A stretch of DNA of 37,020 nt from the NCBI GenBank assembly GCA_030141605.1, contig JAQGDQ010001511.1, positions 1 through 37,020 on the forward strand. Direction: 5' to 3'. Source of the stretch: Tubiluchus corallicola (Eukaryota > Animalia > Priapulida). The position numbers and the translations under genes are program-made. This document shows positions 34,101 through 37,020 of the stretch, piece after piece (within the stretch, counting starts at the first letter, position 1; each line of letters starts with the position of its first letter). The notes below the pieces were generated by a model, which was not told the origin of the DNA, made no database searches, and saw only the letters and a program-made list of their open reading frames with translations.

Positions 34101-36388
34101 TATGCATTTGCATTCAATGAGAAAAAGTACGTGTATGCATTTGCATTCAATGAGAAAAAGTGTGTGCATGCATTTGCATTCAATGAGAAAAAGTGTGTGC
34201 ATGCATTTGATTTCAATGAGAAAAAGTATGTGTATGCATTTGCATTCAATGAGAAAAAGTGTGTGTATGCATTTGCATTCAATGAGAAGAAGTGCGTGCA
34301 TGCATTTGCATTCAATGAGAAAAAGTGTGTGCATGCATTTGCATTCAATGAGAAAAAGTGTGTGCATGCATTTGCATTCAATGAGAAAAAGTGTGTGCAT
34401 GCATTTGCATTCAATGAGAAAAAGTGTGTGCATGCATTTGCATTCAATGAGAAAAAGTGCGTGCATGCATTTGCATTCAATGAGAAAAAGTGTGTGCATG
34501 CATTTGCATTCAATGAGAAAAAGTGTGTGTATGCATTTGCATTCAATGAGAAGAAGTCCGTGCATGCATTTGCATTCAATGAGAAAAAGTGCGTGTATGC
34601 ATTTGCATTCAATGAGAAAAAGTTTGTGCATGCATTTACATTCAATGAGAAAAACTGTGTGCATGCATTTGCATTCAATGAGAAAAAGTGTGTGCATGCA
34701 TTTGCATTCAATGAGAAAAAGTGTGTGCATGCATTTACATTCAATGAGAAAGTGTGTGCATGCATTTGCATTCAATGAGAAAAAGTGTGTGTATGCATTT
34801 GCATTCAATGAGAAAAGTGTGTGCATGCATTTGCATTCAATGAGAAAAGTGTGTGCATGCATTTCATTCAATGAGAAAAGTGTGTGCATGCATTTACATT
34901 CAATGAGAAAAGTGTGCATGCATTTGATTCAATGAGAAAAAGTGCGTATGTGGCATGCATTTGGATTCAATGAGAAAAAGTATGTGTATGCATTTGCATT
35001 CAATGAGAAAAAGTGTGTGTATGCATTTGAATTCAATGAGAAAAAGTTTGTGCACGCATTAGCATTCAATGAGAAAAAGTGCGTGCATGCATTTGCATTC
35101 AATGAGAAAAAGTGCGTGCATGCATTAGCATTCAATGAGAAAAAGTGTGTGCATGCATTTGCATTCAATGAGAAAAAGTTTGTGTATGCATTTGCATTCA
35201 TTGAGAAAAAGTATGTGTATGCATTTGCATTCAATGAGAAAAAGTGCGTGCATGCATTAGCATTCAATGAGAAAAAGTGTGTGCATGCATTTGCATTCAA
35301 TGAGAAAAAGTTTGTGTATGCATTTGCATTCATTGAGAAAAAGTGTGTGTATGCATTTGCATTCAATGAGAAAAAGTGCGTGCATGCATTTGCATTCAAT
35401 GAGAAAAAGTGTGTGCATGCATTTGCATTCAATGAGAAAAAGTTTGTGTATGCATTTGCATTCATTGAGAAAAAGTATGTGTATGCATTTGCATTCAATG
35501 AGAAAAAGTGCGTGCATGCATTAGCATTCAATGAGAAAAAGTGTGTGCATGCATTTGCATTCAATGAGAAAAAGTTTGTGTATGCATTTGCATTCATTGA
35601 GAAAAAGTATGTGTATGCATTTGCATTCAATGAGAAAAAGTGCGTGCATGCATTAGCATTCAATGAGAAAAAGTGTGTGCATGCATTTGCATTCAATGAG
35701 AAAAAGTTTGTGTATGCATTTGCATTCATTGAGAAAAAGTATGTGTATGCATTTGCATTCAATGAGAAAAAGTGCGTGCATGCATTAGCATTCAATGAGA
35801 AAAAGTGTGTGCATGCATTTGCATTCAATGAGAAAAAGTTTGTGTATGCATTTGCATTCATTGAGAAAAAGTATGTGTATGCATTTGCATTCAATGAGAA
35901 AAAGTGTGTGCATGCATTTGCATTCAATGAGAAAAAGTGTGTGCATGCATTTGCATTCAATGAGAAAAAGTTTGTGTATGCATTTGCATTCATTGAGAAA
36001 AAGTATGTGTATGCATTTGCATTCAATGAGAAAAAGTGCGTGCATGCATTAGCATTCAATGAGAAAAAGTGTGTGCATGCATTTGCATTCAATGAGAAAA
36101 AGTGCGTGCATGCATTAGCATTCAATGAGAAAAAGTGTGTGCATGCATTTGCATTCAATGAGAAAAAGTGTGTGCACGCATTTGCATTCAATGAGAAAAA
36201 GTTTGTGCATGCATTTACATTCAATGAGAAAAAGTGTGTGTATGCATTTGCATTCAATGAGAAAAAGTGCATGCATGCATTTGCATTCAATGAGAAAAAG
36301 TGCATGCATGCATTTGCATTCAATGAGAAAAAGAGTGTGTACGCATTTGCATTCAATGAGAAAAAGTGTATGCACGCATTTGCATTCA
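31124..36388. repeat. 33-bp satellite, ~159 copies, with higher-order structure
   Basis: Consensus AATGAGAAAAAGTGTGTGCATGCATTTGCATTC. Fills about 94% of intron 9. Confidence 0.97.
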
Positions 36389-36717
36389 AGTTTTGTATCA
36401 AGTTTAATTTCAACTGAAGATGTTTTGCTCTTCGTCTGTTTTTGTTTTTTAACACGTAAAGTGAAATCATATTGAATTTCATATTTCTACTTTGGAAATT
36501 TATTTTTGCATCTGAAACTAAAGAATTTATCAGACACCTGGAGTGTCCAAGTAGAGATTGTTTTTGCATTCTGCAACTGAAAAAAATGCACTTCTATTCT
36601 GAGCATCAGAAACTCTGTAATGTTAAACTCATTTACGCATTATTGCCTGTGCATTTTTCTTATCTATGAGCTCAACATTATTGCGTCATAGTTGCTTAAA
36701 ATTGTTCATATCTCTAG

Positions 36718-36914
36718 GAGCTTCTTCCACAATAAGTAAAGAATGCTGGATATGTTATGACAATGACCGTCAAGACGCGGGACCGTTAATTCAACCGTGC
36801 GCGTGTAAAGGCGATGTTGCTGCCGTTCACCACGAGTGTTTAAGGCGATGGCTTACCGAAAGTTCACGATCTCTCGATAAGAGACTTTTATATTGTAAAG
36901 TTTGTGCTCAGAAG
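36718..36914 (+). CDS. Exon 10: RING-CH (C4HC3, RINGv/MARCH-type) zinc finger
   Basis: TCTCTAG|...ECWICYDNDRQDAGPLIQPCACKGDVAAVHHECLRRWLTESS...YCKVCAQK|GTATTT. Matches CxxC...PCxCKG...HxxCLxxW...CxxC. Confidence 0.92.
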
Positions 36915-37020
36915 GTATTTGCAATGTCAGCCATTTCTTCTTCTATAGCACTGCATGTATAACATAAGTTTTCCTGGTTTAACTCTGCTTGCTATCATGT
37001 TAGCAGTAAGATATATCGCT

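Larger units (their letters stand above)
7614..36914 (+). other. Multi-exon gene span (10 coding exons seen, 3' end beyond window): EGF-like + 7TM + RING-CH membrane E3 ubiquitin ligase-like protein
   Basis: Exons 7614-7715, 9838-9939, 11409-11537, 13400-13495, 24754-24900, 25937-26032, 28859-29013, 30310-30408, 30995-31116 and 36718-36914 are joined by GT-AG introns. Phases 0,0,0,0,0,0,2,2,1,0 join into one stop-free 415-aa frame. Confidence 0.88.

Noticed and set aside
30966-36569. Very long ORFs (up to 1270 aa) on both strands
   Set aside because: They arise from a 33-bp unit lacking stops in four frames. Only 30995-31116 is a real exon, ending at a GTGAGA donor.

Overview
AT-rich, intron-containing eukaryotic DNA, most likely from an invertebrate animal (inferred from GT-AG introns and animal-type transposons). 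Most of the window (7614 to beyond 36914, + strand) is one spliced gene, which I assembled by hand from 10 exons with compatible phases (415 aa within the window, 3' end outside). It encodes an N-terminal EGF-like module, seven hydrophobic helices and a C4HC3 RING-CH (MARCH-type) finger, so it looks like a receptor-like membrane E3 ubiquitin ligase. Intron 4 holds a complete, very young, antisense LTR retrotransposon (14717-22900). It has 1178-bp LTRs, a CTCTC target-site duplication, a tRNA-Leu-like PBS and a PPT. Its single gag-pol ORF has gypsy-type domains in the atypical Gmr1-like order Gag(SCAN-like, CCHC)-PR-IN-RT-RNase H. Three exon boundaries of the host gene (exon 4 donor, exon 8 acceptor, exon 9 acceptor) are themselves amplified into tandem arrays, and a 5.3-kb 33-bp satellite starts 7 nt after the end of exon 9. 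Upstream is a type II membrane GT-A glycosyltransferase-like ORF (3673-4572). Several hAT and Tc1/mariner-type MITEs and other tandem repeats fill the introns. The long ORFs at 31-36 kb are satellite artefacts.
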